The notes: generated from the sequence alone by a model not told the origin. A stretch of DNA of 64,000 nucleotides from an uncultured Chloroflexia bacterium (GCA_963707215.1 CAVPPB010000003.1:576001-640000); one strand, 5' to 3'; counted from the stretch's first letter, positions 19,863 to 31,059 are shown. Made by a program: numbers and translations.

Positions 19863-20969
19863 TCAGGCCCAGCGTTCCAGGTCGGCCAGTGGCACGGCGA
19901 CCTCGGATCCGTCGTCAAGACGGACCAGGCCCGACTCGAGCCGGACGCCCGGGCGGTAGCGCCGGATCCCGAGCGGCCGGAGCCAGCGACCCTCGCGCCC
20001 GGCCAGGGGGCCATGGCGCAGGCGGACCCAGTCGGGCGCCGGTCGAGGCGGCTCGGGGAGGTCGGGGTCGAGCACCAGGGCCGGCGGGTCGACGACGATC
20101 CCGACCCCAGTGCCGGCGAGCGTCAGCAGCACCTCGAGGAGCGGCGTCGCCAGCGGTCGCCGAACGACCCCGTCGAGGACGAAGACCGCGAACGCCGGGA
20201 GACGATGGAGGGCGGCCCGCTGGCGCGCCTCGGAAGCGGCGAAGTCGCGCGCCTCCTTGCCGGCCATGGACGCCACGACGACACCACGGACGCCCATCGC
20301 CCGGGCACGGGTCAGGGTCTCGGCGTCGACCCTCGAACCGACGACGAGGATCGATCCGGCGAGTCCGACGTCGAGCATCGCCGGGTGGAGGTCGCCCCCG
20401 GGGTCGGCGGACACCCGGAGCACGCCGCGCGACGGCACGCCGACGGCGAACGCGCCGGGGATCGCCCGGCCGGCAAGGTCCAGCCGCAGACCGATACCGG
20501 TCCGGACCTCGCGGACGATGCCGGCCGCCGGTGCCTCGACGAGGTCGCTCACGTCCCCGGTGGCGACGCGCCAGCGCCGTCCGCTCCGGAAGACGATCTC
20601 GCCGGCGGCCGATGCGGCTCGTCGCAGCGGACCTCCGCCGGGCGCAGCCGCCAGCCGATCGCCCGGCCGACGCGGATCCCGCTCAGCGATGGCCGGCACC
20701 TCACCGAGGCGTCGATCGCGGAGCCGCTCGGCGATCGGCATGCTGGGGGTGACCACCTCGCCTTCGCCGACGAGGGCTCGATCCCCGGGAGCCAACTCGA
20801 CCCAGGCGGAGAAGGGCTCGACGAGCCATCTGCGGCCCACCACCAGATCGAAGCCGGCCGCCGGCGCGGGATCGGCCGCCGAACGTGCGCGCAGAGGACC
20901 CCCAGTGCGCACGGATCGGGGGTCGGATGGACCAGCGGGTGATCGCTCGCGCCCCGCTCCCTCGATCAC
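19863..20969 (-). CDS. Hypothetical protein, partner of the GlmL-like gene (barrel-sandwich hybrid-like motifs, central alpha/beta domain, C-terminal KOW/SH3-like segment)
   Basis: GTG 20969 overlaps the upstream stop (GTGA). Motifs LVGEGEVV...IAE, VEAPAAGIVREV, GVRGVVVAS, WVRLRHGPLAGREG, VRLDDGSEVAVPLADLE. Domain calls are by eye. Confidence 0.65.
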   Translation of the reverse strand: MIEGAGRERSPAGPSDPRSVRTGGPLRARSAADPAPAAGFDLVVGRRWLVEPFSAWVELAPGDRALVGEGEVVTPSMPIAERLRDRRLGEVPAIAERDPRRPGDRLAAAPGGGPLRRAASAAGEIVFRSGRRWRVATGDVSDLVEAPAAGIVREVRTGIGLRLDLAGRAIPGAFAVGVPSRGVLRVSADPGGDLHPAMLDVGLAGSILVVGSRVDAETLTRARAMGVRGVVVASMAGKEARDFAASEARQRAALHRLPAFAVFVLDGVVRRPLATPLLEVLLTLAGTGVGIVVDPPALVLDPDLPEPPRPAPDWVRLRHGPLAGREGRWLRPLGIRRYRPGVRLESGLVRLDDGSEVAVPLADLERWA

Positions 20970-22712
20970 GGTTCGTATCCGGGCCAGAGGGCCCGCTGCC
21001 ACGCGTCGAGGAGCTCCCGACGACGCTCGCTGCGCTCCGGCAGGCGCAGGGGCACGTCCCGGAGGTCGACGAGCAGGCCGCTCAGTCCGCCCCCGACCTC
21101 GACCGCGAAACGCCGACCCTGGGCGCCACCGAGCGTGACCCGGTCACGGAACCACAGGTCGACGAGCGCCGATTCGCCGGGCGGCAGGTCGACCAGCTCG
21201 AGGCCGCCGGGCACGAGGTCGAGCTCGGTCTGGCCCGTCGATCCCTGGATGACGAGGCGACCAGCGGTCCGACCCGGCCGGACCCCGGCAGGCATGACCA
21301 CGGCGCCAAGCGGGACCACCAGGTCATCGACCAGGTCGGCGATGACCTGCCGGCGCAGGACCGGGTCGGCGATCGTGCCGAGGGGACCGAGGAGGCGGGG
21401 CAGGTCGACGGCGAGCTGGGTGGCACCGGGTCGGCGGAGGACGTCGGCCAGCGCGAGCGCGATGACCGGGCCAGGTGCCTGCGCCCAGACACCGCCGGTG
21501 GCGATGACGAGATCGGGTGTCGGCCGGTCGAGTTCCGGGGTCAGCGCCACGAGCCTTGCGATGCGCCGCCCTGGCAGCCGCCAGGCGGAAGGCTGCCACG
21601 TCCCCTTGCGCCCCCGTCCAGGGCATCGCCCGGAGCTCGGCAAGGCGGTCCCGGATGCGGTAGCGGTCCAGGGCGAGCGGGACCCAGCGGTCGATCCCGT
21701 CGACGACACCATCGTCGATCGGGTCCGGGACGAGCGCCCCGGCCGGCGAGATGGCCCACGTCGAACGGGTCGCCGGCCCGGCGCCGATGGGTTCCGCGAC
21801 GGCCCGAAGGCCACCATCCTGGCCGACGCCGACGACCTCGATCCGCCGCTCCAGGATTCCGGCAAGGTCGGCGACGGCCCGGACGATCGCCCGCCGCCCG
21901 TCGGCCGGGGTCGTCCGCAGGTCGTCGAGCAGGGCCCGGAGCGGTTCCCCGGGCGGCTCGCCGAGGTAGGGCGATGGAGCGAGCAGCAGGGCGGCCGGGA
22001 CCGCCCGTCCCGGCGACGCGGGCCCGGACGCCGCACCAGGCTCCGCGGGCGCCCCAGGCCGGTCCACCCCCTCGTCCGCAGTCAGGGGCTCGGGCGACGG
22101 CTCCAGGATCGGTGGCTCGGCGGGATCGCGGCCCGATCGGCTCGCCGTTCGGGCGTCGAAGCGGTCGGCTCGGTCCGAGAGCGCCCCGGCCAGCACGACC
22201 GTGAGCTCCGAGCGTCGGCCGGCGGCCGCGGCGACGAGGGCCCCGATGTCATCGAGGACGCCGCGCTCGTCGGCGCCCGGCGGATCGGCCGATCCGGCCA
22301 GCACCGCGTCGACGTCGCGGCGCAGGAGGAGGTTCGACATGGCCAGCGGGTCGACGCGGCTGGCGCTGGCCCCGGCCGCCTGCCAGCCGGCCCGCCGGGC
22401 GACGGTCAGCAGCCGCTCCAAGGTGCGATCCGAACCGGCCAGGACGGCCATCCGCGGCAGCGGGGCGGTCCGGGCCTCCAGCCGCGGCCAGGCCGTCAGG
22501 GCAGCGTCGGCCCCGAGCTCGTCGGCCAGGTTCGGATCGGCTGCTCGGAGCCGGTCGGACAGGACCCCGACGACGGCATCGATCGGCACCGATGCGGGGA
22601 AGGCAACACCACCGAGGAACCGCCAGCGGCCCTCGAGCCGGGCCAGCAGCGAGGCGGCCGACGTGACGGCCCCCAGGTCGAGGGCAAGGCAGGTCCGATC
22701 GTCGGGTCTCAC
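20966..22712 (-). CDS. Glutamate mutase L (GlmL/MutL)-like ASKHA-fold protein; one frameshift near 21563
   Basis: N-terminal LALDLGAVTSAASL..GRWRFLG, DAVLAGSAD, VVLAG. After the frameshift come DLVIATGGVWAQAP and GGLSGLLVDLRDVPLRLP...W. This pattern resembles Chloroflexi GlmL-like proteins. Confidence 0.65.
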
Positions 22713-22793
22713 GGAGGCGATGCTACCGCCTCCACGGCCTAGGCTCCGGGGAGGGGGCCGGCCGACCCGCGCAGGTCGGCGTGCCGATCCCGG

Positions 22794-23096
22794 TCAGGCG
22801 TCCCAGCCGAGCTCGCCGTCCTCGAGGTCCTCTTCCTCGAGGCGCTCGATGAGCAGCTCGATCCCTGCGTCGTCCGCGAGCAGCTCGCTCGCCGGCACCA
22901 GATCGCCACCGAAGAGCGATCGAAGGACCGGATCGAAGAAGAGCATCGCGTTCGCGCCGAGGGGCCGGTACGGCCGGCTGGCGAGGAGGAAGTGGACCGC
23001 CGGCGCGGTCAGCCCTCGGAGCTCGATCTCGCGAGCCACCTGCTCGACGAGCTCGTCGCGCTGTTCGTCGGTGCGCTCGTAGCCGGGGAAGCTCAC
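22794..23096 (-). CDS. Small conserved hypothetical protein (100 aa)
   Basis: GTGA-coupled to the macrodomain gene. Sequence RGLTAPAVHFLLASRPYRPLGANAMLFFDP...ELLIERLEE, with high-GC codon usage. Confidence 0.7.
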   Translation of the reverse strand: MSFPGYERTDEQRDELVEQVAREIELRGLTAPAVHFLLASRPYRPLGANAMLFFDPVLRSLFGGDLVPASELLADDAGIELLIERLEEEDLEDGELGWDA

Positions 23097-23665
23097 GCCG
23101 GGCCCTCCTCCTGGTGCGGCACAGCGGCACCGTCCGGTCCCACGCCCTCGCCGGTGGGAGCCGTGGCGGCCAGCGCCTCTTCGAACGCATGGTACGCCGA
23201 GGCGCCCCGCAACGCGAACACGATCTCCTCGATCGAGCCGGGGTCGCGGGCGAGCTCATCGCGGACCGTCAGGACGGTGATCCTGGCGGCCTCGTCGAGA
23301 GGGAAGCCGCCGACGCCCGTCCCGAGGGCGGGAATGGCGACCGACCGCACGTCGTACTCCCGGGCTCGGGTCAGGGCGCTGCGGACGGCCGTCTCGATCG
23401 CCGTCGCGCTGGTTCGCCGGTCCTGGTCGAGCGAGATCGCGTGGATGACCAGCCGGGCGGCCAGCGTCCCGCCAGCGGTGACGACAGCCGCCCCGATCGG
23501 GACCGGCCCCTGGCGCACCGCGGCGAACTCGATCGCATCGCCCCCGGCCCGCTTGAGCGCGCCGCCGACCCCGGTCGACATCCACAGCGTGGGATTGGCC
23601 GGGTTCACGATGGCGTCGACCTCGAGGTCGCAGATATCGCCGTTCCAGAGCTCGATCCGGGCCAC
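23093..23665 (-). CDS. Macro domain protein (ADP-ribose binding / O-acetyl-ADP-ribose deacetylase-like)
   Basis: GDI..VDAIVNPAN..GVGGAL..AGG, VIHA, SVAIPALGTGVGGFP. Start at GTG 23665. Confidence 0.9.
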   Translation of the reverse strand: MARIELWNGDICDLEVDAIVNPANPTLWMSTGVGGALKRAGGDAIEFAAVRQGPVPIGAAVVTAGGTLAARLVIHAISLDQDRRTSATAIETAVRSALTRAREYDVRSVAIPALGTGVGGFPLDEAARITVLTVRDELARDPGSIEEIVFALRGASAYHAFEEALAATAPTGEGVGPDGAAVPHQEEGPA

Positions 23666-24906
23666 GGATCCCCCTGATCGATGAGGGTGCGGGTACCGAT
23701 CGGAACCCCGGCGGCATGGTACACCCGAGGTAGTCGTGCGGCCATCGCGGTGACCACCTCGTACGAGATGGTGGTGCGGGCCCGCGCCACTTCCAGGGCG
23801 TCGATCTCGTCGTCGCCCTGGCGGCCGATGAGGACGAACTCGTCGTCGAGGTCGACCGGCCTGCCGGGCACGTCCGTCACGTCGACCATGACGCCGTCCA
23901 TCGCGATGGTGCCGACCAGAGGCACGCGGCGACCCCGGACGAGCGCCCAGGAGCGGCCGCCGCCGACGCGCGGCCAACCGTCCCCGTAGCCCAGCGGCAG
24001 CGTCGCGATCCGGCTGGGTCGCCCGGTCACGAAGGCCGGGCCGTAGCCGACCCCGCTGCCGGTCGGCAGGTCGGCCACCCGGGTCGGTCGAGCGTGGAGC
24101 GACAGGACGGGTCGCAGCCCCGCCGCCACCCCGCGGAACGGCCCGGCGACGGCCAGGCCGTCCGGGACCAGGCCGTAGACGGCGAGGCCGGGTCGCACGC
24201 TGTCGTACGCCTGGACCGTGCCACCGAGGAGAGCGCCGCTGGCACCCACGTGCCGCACGACTCGCTCATCGAGCGTCCCGGTGACGGCCGAGTAGAGCTC
24301 GTCCTGGGCGGCCGACAGGTCCGGGTCTGCGGCGTTGGCGAGGTGGGTCCAGGCTCCGGTGAGCCGCAGCAGCGGGGAGCGCTCGATCCGGGGCAGGGTC
24401 GCGGCGACGGCCTGCACCGGGAAGCCGCCCCGACCGAGGCCGGTCTCGATCTCCATCTGGACGGCCAGCGGCGGGACGCTCTCCGGTCCGCCTGCGGCCC
24501 GCAGGGCGACCTCCGTCCGGTCGATCGTGATCTCGTCACCGACGCTCACAGCGATCCTGCGTCGGGCGGCCTCGCCGACCGCGCCGGGCGGGACCGGATA
24601 GAGGACCAGGATGGACACCGAGACGCCGGCCAGCCGCAAACGGATGGCCTCGTCGAGCGTCGCCACGCAGAAGCCGTCGGCACCACCGTCCTCGAGCGCC
24701 CGGGCGACGGGCACGATGCCGTGGCCGTAGGCGTCGGCCTTCACCACGGGCTCCACGCGGGTCGATGGCGGCAGCGCCTGCCGGACCTGCCGGAGGTTCG
24801 CGACGAGGCGGTCGAGGTCGATCTCGAGCCAGGCCAGGCGCGGCAGCGGCGACAACCCAGCGGCAGCCAGGCGGGCCTCGATCGCCGGGCGGGCGGTCGT
24901 GCTCAG
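23605..24906 (-). CDS. alr: Alanine racemase (start may be CTG 24906 or TTG 24855)
   Basis: AWLEIDL, VVKADAYGHG (PLP Lys), VATLDEA, VRPGLAVYG, GYGDG, GTIAMD, TISYEVVT...RLPRVY. Confidence 0.93.
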   Translation of the reverse strand: MSTTARPAIEARLAAAGLSPLPRLAWLEIDLDRLVANLRQVRQALPPSTRVEPVVKADAYGHGIVPVARALEDGGADGFCVATLDEAIRLRLAGVSVSILVLYPVPPGAVGEAARRRIAVSVGDEITIDRTEVALRAAGGPESVPPLAVQMEIETGLGRGGFPVQAVAATLPRIERSPLLRLTGAWTHLANAADPDLSAAQDELYSAVTGTLDERVVRHVGASGALLGGTVQAYDSVRPGLAVYGLVPDGLAVAGPFRGVAAGLRPVLSLHARPTRVADLPTGSGVGYGPAFVTGRPSRIATLPLGYGDGWPRVGGGRSWALVRGRRVPLVGTIAMDGVMVDVTDVPGRPVDLDDEFVLIGRQGDDEIDALEVARARTTISYEVVTAMAARLPRVYHAAGVPIGTRTLIDQGDPWPGSSSGTAISATSRSTPS

Positions 24907-25979
24907 GCTTCGGATCCCCCGTTCTGCTCCTCGTCCCCGGCGGGGCTCGTCCCCTCGGCCGACCGGCCGAAGCCGAGCCTCGAGCCAGCCCTGCTCCGCT
25001 CGGCGATGGCGGCAAGGCGACGGCGGACCAGCGGGATCAGGTCGGGGAGATCGGCGGCCAGCAGCCCGGCATCGCCGATCCGCTCGCGGACAGCATCGCC
25101 GGCCAGGCCGTGGAGGTAGACCCCCAGCACCGCCGCATCGAACGTCCCGAGCCCCTGGGCGAGGAGGGCCCCGAGCGTCCCGGCCAGCACGTCACCGGTC
25201 CCGCCGGTCGCGAGGGCCGGGTTCTCGAACGGAGCGGTAGCGACACGGCCGTCGGGGTCGGCGATGACGGTCCGGGCGCCCTTGAGGACGACGACCTGAC
25301 TCCAGGCCGCCGCGGCGGCGAGCGCCGCCTGGGCGCGGGCAGCATCGTCGTCGGCAAGGTCACCATCATCGGCCGGGTCGACCCCGCTCCCGGCCCGCAG
25401 GCGGGCGAACTCGCCGGGGTGCGGTGTCAGGATGCAGCGGCGCCCCACGGCGCGCCACCAGCCGTCGATGCTGGCCAGGGACCGTAGCGCCTCGGCGTCC
25501 AGGACCGCCGGGGCGGGCTCCGGCTCATCCGGGACCGAGACCAGGGCCCGGACGAGCTCGGCCGTGGCGAGGCCGGGTCGAAGGCCCGGACCGACGACCA
25601 TGGCGTCGTGGTCGTGGTCGAGGACCCGGGCCAGGGCAGGTTCGGGATCGACCTCCTCGACGTCGTCCTCGGGCAGCGCCATCGTCGTCGCCTCGACGAC
25701 CTTGGCGGCGAACAGCGGCTGGAGCGACTCGGGGACCGCCAGCGTCACGAGCCCGGCGCCGGCGCGCCCGGCCGCCCGACAGACGAGCAGGGCCGCGCCG
25801 GCGTAGTCGATCGACCCGGCGATCACCAGGAGCTTCCCGAAGGTGCCCTTGTGGCCGCGTGCCGGGCGCTCGGGGAGGAGCCCCGCGGCGACGTCGTCGT
25901 CGATCACCAGCGCTCCCGGGATCGGCGGCTCGCTGGGGGTCCCGCTCCGGCCGAAGCCGACGGGGCGTCGCTCGGTCAC
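24903..25979 (-). CDS. nnrD: ADP-dependent NAD(P)H-hydrate dehydratase (stand-alone NnrD)
   Basis: HKGTFG, AGSIDYAGAA, GAGLV, GPGL, LDAEAL, TPHPGEFARL, VLKG, ATGGTGDVLAG, HGLAGD. Confidence 0.92.
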   Translation of the reverse strand: MTERRPVGFGRSGTPSEPPIPGALVIDDDVAAGLLPERPARGHKGTFGKLLVIAGSIDYAGAALLVCRAAGRAGAGLVTLAVPESLQPLFAAKVVEATTMALPEDDVEEVDPEPALARVLDHDHDAMVVGPGLRPGLATAELVRALVSVPDEPEPAPAVLDAEALRSLASIDGWWRAVGRRCILTPHPGEFARLRAGSGVDPADDGDLADDDAARAQAALAAAAAWSQVVVLKGARTVIADPDGRVATAPFENPALATGGTGDVLAGTLGALLAQGLGTFDAAVLGVYLHGLAGDAVRERIGDAGLLAADLPDLIPLVRRRLAAIAERSRAGSRLGFGRSAEGTSPAGDEEQNGGSEA

Positions 25980-26545
25980 GCCGGCTCTCCCGGCTCTTCG
26001 GGCGGTCCCCCCGCTGCGAGCGCACGGAGGCGCTCCAGGCGGGCGAGGATCCGGGCCTCGCGCTCGTCGAGGCGCTGATCGATGTCGAGCGGGAACACGT
26101 AGCGACCGCCGGTCGCCCGGATGCCGAAGGCGATCGCGACGGCGTAGTCCGACTCGTGGCTGATCGAGACGGCGACACGGTCCATGCCCAGCTGGTCGGC
26201 CCGCTCGGAGGCCCGACCGTGGAGACGCACCGCAGGCTGCCCGGTCGGCAGGCGCTGGATCTCTATGTCCCGCCAGCCGATGCCCCGGACACCGAGCCCG
26301 AGCACCTTGGACACGGCCTCCTTGGCCGCCCAGCGGCCGGCGAACGTCTCGGGACGACCCCGCACGTAGCGACGCTCGGCGGGCGTCAGGACCCGCTGGG
26401 CGAACCGGTCACCGAACCGGGCCAGGGTGGCCTCGATCCGGGCGACCTTGATGATGTCGATCCCCAGCTCGGTGGTGCCGGCCGGCACCGCGGCACCCGG
26501 CACCGCAGCGGGCTGCCCTCGGCCATCGGACCCGCTCGCCGGCAT
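25976..26545 (-). CDS. acpS: Holo-[acyl-carrier-protein] synthase with C-terminal extension
   Basis: GIDII..RI, FAGRWAAKEAVSKVLG, GQP, VSISHE. Confidence 0.9.
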   Translation of the reverse strand: MPASGSDGRGQPAAVPGAAVPAGTTELGIDIIKVARIEATLARFGDRFAQRVLTPAERRYVRGRPETFAGRWAAKEAVSKVLGLGVRGIGWRDIEIQRLPTGQPAVRLHGRASERADQLGMDRVAVSISHESDYAVAIAFGIRATGGRYVFPLDIDQRLDEREARILARLERLRALAAGGPPEEPGEPA

Positions 26546-26548
26546 CGG

Positions 26549-28381
<1,833 letters not shown>

Positions 28382-28427
28382 CCGTCCAGGGCTCCTCCAC
28401 CTCGGCCCCGGAGGTGCCGAGGCCCGG

Positions 28428-29762
28428 CTAGTGTAGTCGCTCGTCGGCGAGAGCCGCGAGCGCGTCGGCCAGCTCAGCGACGACCTGGGGATCCGGTCCC
28501 TCCACCATGACCCGCAGGGCTGGCTCGGTGCCCGAGGGGCGGACCAGGACCCGCCCACCGTCGCCGAGTCGGGCCCGGGCCTCGCGGATGGCGGCCCCAA
28601 GAACGGGGTCGCCTTCCCACTGGTCCTTGTGACGCACCCGGATCGCCCGTTGCTGCTGGGGCAGCATGGGGATCCGCTCGGCCAGCTCGGCGAGCGACCG
28701 ACCGGAGCGGGACATCACACCCAGGACCTCGAGGGCCGTCACGATCCCGTCGCCCGACGTCGTGTACTCGCGGATGATGACGTGACCGCTCTTCTCGCCG
28801 CCCAGCCCGGCTCCGTTGACCTCCATCCCGTCGAGGATGTGCTTGTCGCCGACCGGGGTCCGGATGACCCGACCGCCGGCCGCCTCGACCGCCACGGCAA
28901 GGCCGCCGTTCGAAAGGACCGAGACGACGAGCGCCCCGCCGGGCAGCGCGTCCCGCTCGAGGCGGTCGAGCGCCAGGATCCCGAGGACCTGGTCACCGTC
29001 CACGACTCGCCCGGTCGCGTCGATGGCGATGAGGCGATCGGCGTCGCCGTCGAGCGCGAAGCCGACGTCGGCACCGTGCTCGGCGACCGCGGCCGAGAGC
29101 GCTTCGGGGGCCGTCGCCCCGGCCGCCCGATTGATGTTCGTGCCGTCGGGCTCGTTGTGGATGACGGTCACCCGGGCCCCGGTCGCGTCGAGGATCCGCG
29201 GACCCACCACCCCGCCAGACCCGTTGGCGCAATCGAGGACGATCCCAAGCCCCTCAGCCGGCACTCGACCGGCCAGGGCGATCCGGTGAGCCAGGTAGTC
29301 GCCCACCAGGACGGTCGCGTCGACCAGCAGGCCGAGGCGGTCGGCCGGGACGCCATCGAGCTCGTCGGCGCTCCAGATGACGCGCTCGAGCTCGTCCTCG
29401 ACGGCGTCGTCCAGCTTCAGGCCCTGGGAGTCGAGCACCTTGAGCCCGTTGTCCTCGGCCGGGTTGTGCGACGCCGACACCATGATCCCTGCCGCGAAGG
29501 GCCCCAGCCCCGCCAGGTACGCGAGGGCCGGCGTCGGCACGACCCCGACCCGGTGGACGTCCACGCCGAGGCTCGTCGCCCCGGCGGCGATCGCGGCGAC
29601 GAACATGTCCCCGGACCGGCGCGTGTCCTGGCCCACGATCAGGGCGCCACCGGGCCCGATGAGCTGATGGGCGGTCGCCCGGCCGAGGGCATACGCGAGG
29701 GTCGGCTTGAGGTCGACGTTGGCGACGCCGCGGATGCCGTCGGTGCCGAAGAGGCGGGGCAT
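28428..29762 (-). CDS. glmM: Phosphoglucosamine mutase
   Basis: FGTDGIRG, SASHNP, DGDADR, GGEKSGH, RPSGTEP. Confidence 0.95.
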   Translation of the reverse strand: MPRLFGTDGIRGVANVDLKPTLAYALGRATAHQLIGPGGALIVGQDTRRSGDMFVAAIAAGATSLGVDVHRVGVVPTPALAYLAGLGPFAAGIMVSASHNPAEDNGLKVLDSQGLKLDDAVEDELERVIWSADELDGVPADRLGLLVDATVLVGDYLAHRIALAGRVPAEGLGIVLDCANGSGGVVGPRILDATGARVTVIHNEPDGTNINRAAGATAPEALSAAVAEHGADVGFALDGDADRLIAIDATGRVVDGDQVLGILALDRLERDALPGGALVVSVLSNGGLAVAVEAAGGRVIRTPVGDKHILDGMEVNGAGLGGEKSGHVIIREYTTSGDGIVTALEVLGVMSRSGRSLAELAERIPMLPQQQRAIRVRHKDQWEGDPVLGAAIREARARLGDGGRVLVRPSGTEPALRVMVEGPDPQVVAELADALAALADERLH

Positions 29763-29793
29763 GCTGGTCCGGTCTCCTCTCGCGGTGGTGACG

Positions 29794-31059
29794 TCAGCCG
29801 GACGGCGACGGCGACGGGGTCGGCGACGGGGTCGGGGTCGGGCTCGGCTGGACCCTCTCGACCTCGACGGTCACCGTCGGCGGACTGATCGACGAGACCT
29901 TGAGGCTCGCCGCCAGGTTCAGGACGGTCACCTCGACCGTGTGCGTTCCGGGCTGCAGGGTGGTCACGTCGACGGTCGCCGCGAAGGTCGTCGGGTCCAG
30001 GCGGTTGAGGTCCGCCTCGTTACCGCCGATGACGACCTGGACCTGGCTCGTCGAAAGCCGGTAGATGCGGTCGTCGCGAGCGCCGACGAGGACGAGCCCG
30101 GACGCGAAGCTGCGGCTGGCCTGGACCGGCTCGATGGTGACGGTGACCGTGACCTCCGCCGCCCCGAGGAGCTCGACGTCGACCGGAGGCGCCAGGGGCA
30201 CGGAGGTCGTCACCCGGGCCCGGGCCCCCGCGATCGAGACGGGGGCCGTCTCCACGGCGGCCAGCTCGGCCAGGGCATCCGCGTCCCCGGACACCGTGAC
30301 GGTGGCCGGCTCGACCAGGATCGAAGTGACCACGAAGCCGCTGGCCGGTGTGCCGGTCGTCACCGGGCTGACCGGCAGCGACCGGCTGTCGATCGAGGTG
30401 CCTACCCGGACTCGCACTCGGACGACCTCTGGATCGAGGTCCGCCGGGCTCAGCGCGTTGCCGAGGGCGTCGACCGGGACGAGCCGGACGTCCTCGTCGA
30501 TGTCCAGGCCCGACGGTTGGATGGTCACCCGGGCGACGGCCCGATCGATGAGCCGCACGACCGACTCGGGACCAGACGCCACGGCCTCCTCGGCCGAGAC
30601 GATGGGGTCGCCGATCTGAAGGTCCGGCGGGACCTCGCCCAAGTCGACCTCGACCGGGACGGTCCGGGTCACCAGGGGATCGAGGGTCACCCGGACGGTC
30701 GTCGGCTGGAAGTCGAGGATGGTGATCCGCGGGTCGTTGGCCGTGACCTCGACGCGGGCGAAGGTCTCGCCGGCCGCCGGGTCGACACCCGTGAGGTCGG
30801 CGACCGCCGTGAACGTCGCGCTCGAGACTCGCGCCGCGACCTCGGCCGGGGCGAAGAAGCGGACCTCGGTCACGTCGGCCGGCTGCATGCTCAGCAGGAC
30901 CGCCTCCACCGGTTGGCCGCGCGGGACGATCGGCACCCGTCCGTCCCAGCGCTGGGCGTTCTGGGCGAGGACGAGCCCGGCGTAGAGAAGGACCGCGACG
31001 CCGATCGCCGCCAGCTTGAGGGGCCAGTTGTGGACGATGGCGGCGGCGAGGCGTCTCAT
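29794..31059 (-). CDS. cdaR: CdaR/YbbR-family regulator of diadenylate cyclase
   Basis: N-terminal TM (NWPLKLAAI..), repeated YbbR-like units (SGPESVV, VTVSGD..L), position between cdaA and glmM. Confidence 0.85.
   Translation of the reverse strand: MRRLAAAIVHNWPLKLAAIGVAVLLYAGLVLAQNAQRWDGRVPIVPRGQPVEAVLLSMQPADVTEVRFFAPAEVAARVSSATFTAVADLTGVDPAAGETFARVEVTANDPRITILDFQPTTVRVTLDPLVTRTVPVEVDLGEVPPDLQIGDPIVSAEEAVASGPESVVRLIDRAVARVTIQPSGLDIDEDVRLVPVDALGNALSPADLDPEVVRVRVRVGTSIDSRSLPVSPVTTGTPASGFVVTSILVEPATVTVSGDADALAELAAVETAPVSIAGARARVTTSVPLAPPVDVELLGAAEVTVTVTIEPVQASRSFASGLVLVGARDDRIYRLSTSQVQVVIGGNEADLNRLDPTTFAATVDVTTLQPGTHTVEVTVLNLAASLKVSSISPPTVTVEVERVQPSPTPTPSPTPSPSPSG

Noticed and set aside
28382-28427. 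glmS ribozyme
   Set aside because: The spacer is only 46 nt, far too short, and lacks the conserved core.
29800-29850. Short tandem repeat (GGCGACGGGGTC-like)
   Set aside because: It encodes the Pro/Ser/Thr tail (PSPTPTPSPTPSPSPSG) of CdaR. It is not a CRISPR or DNA repeat element.
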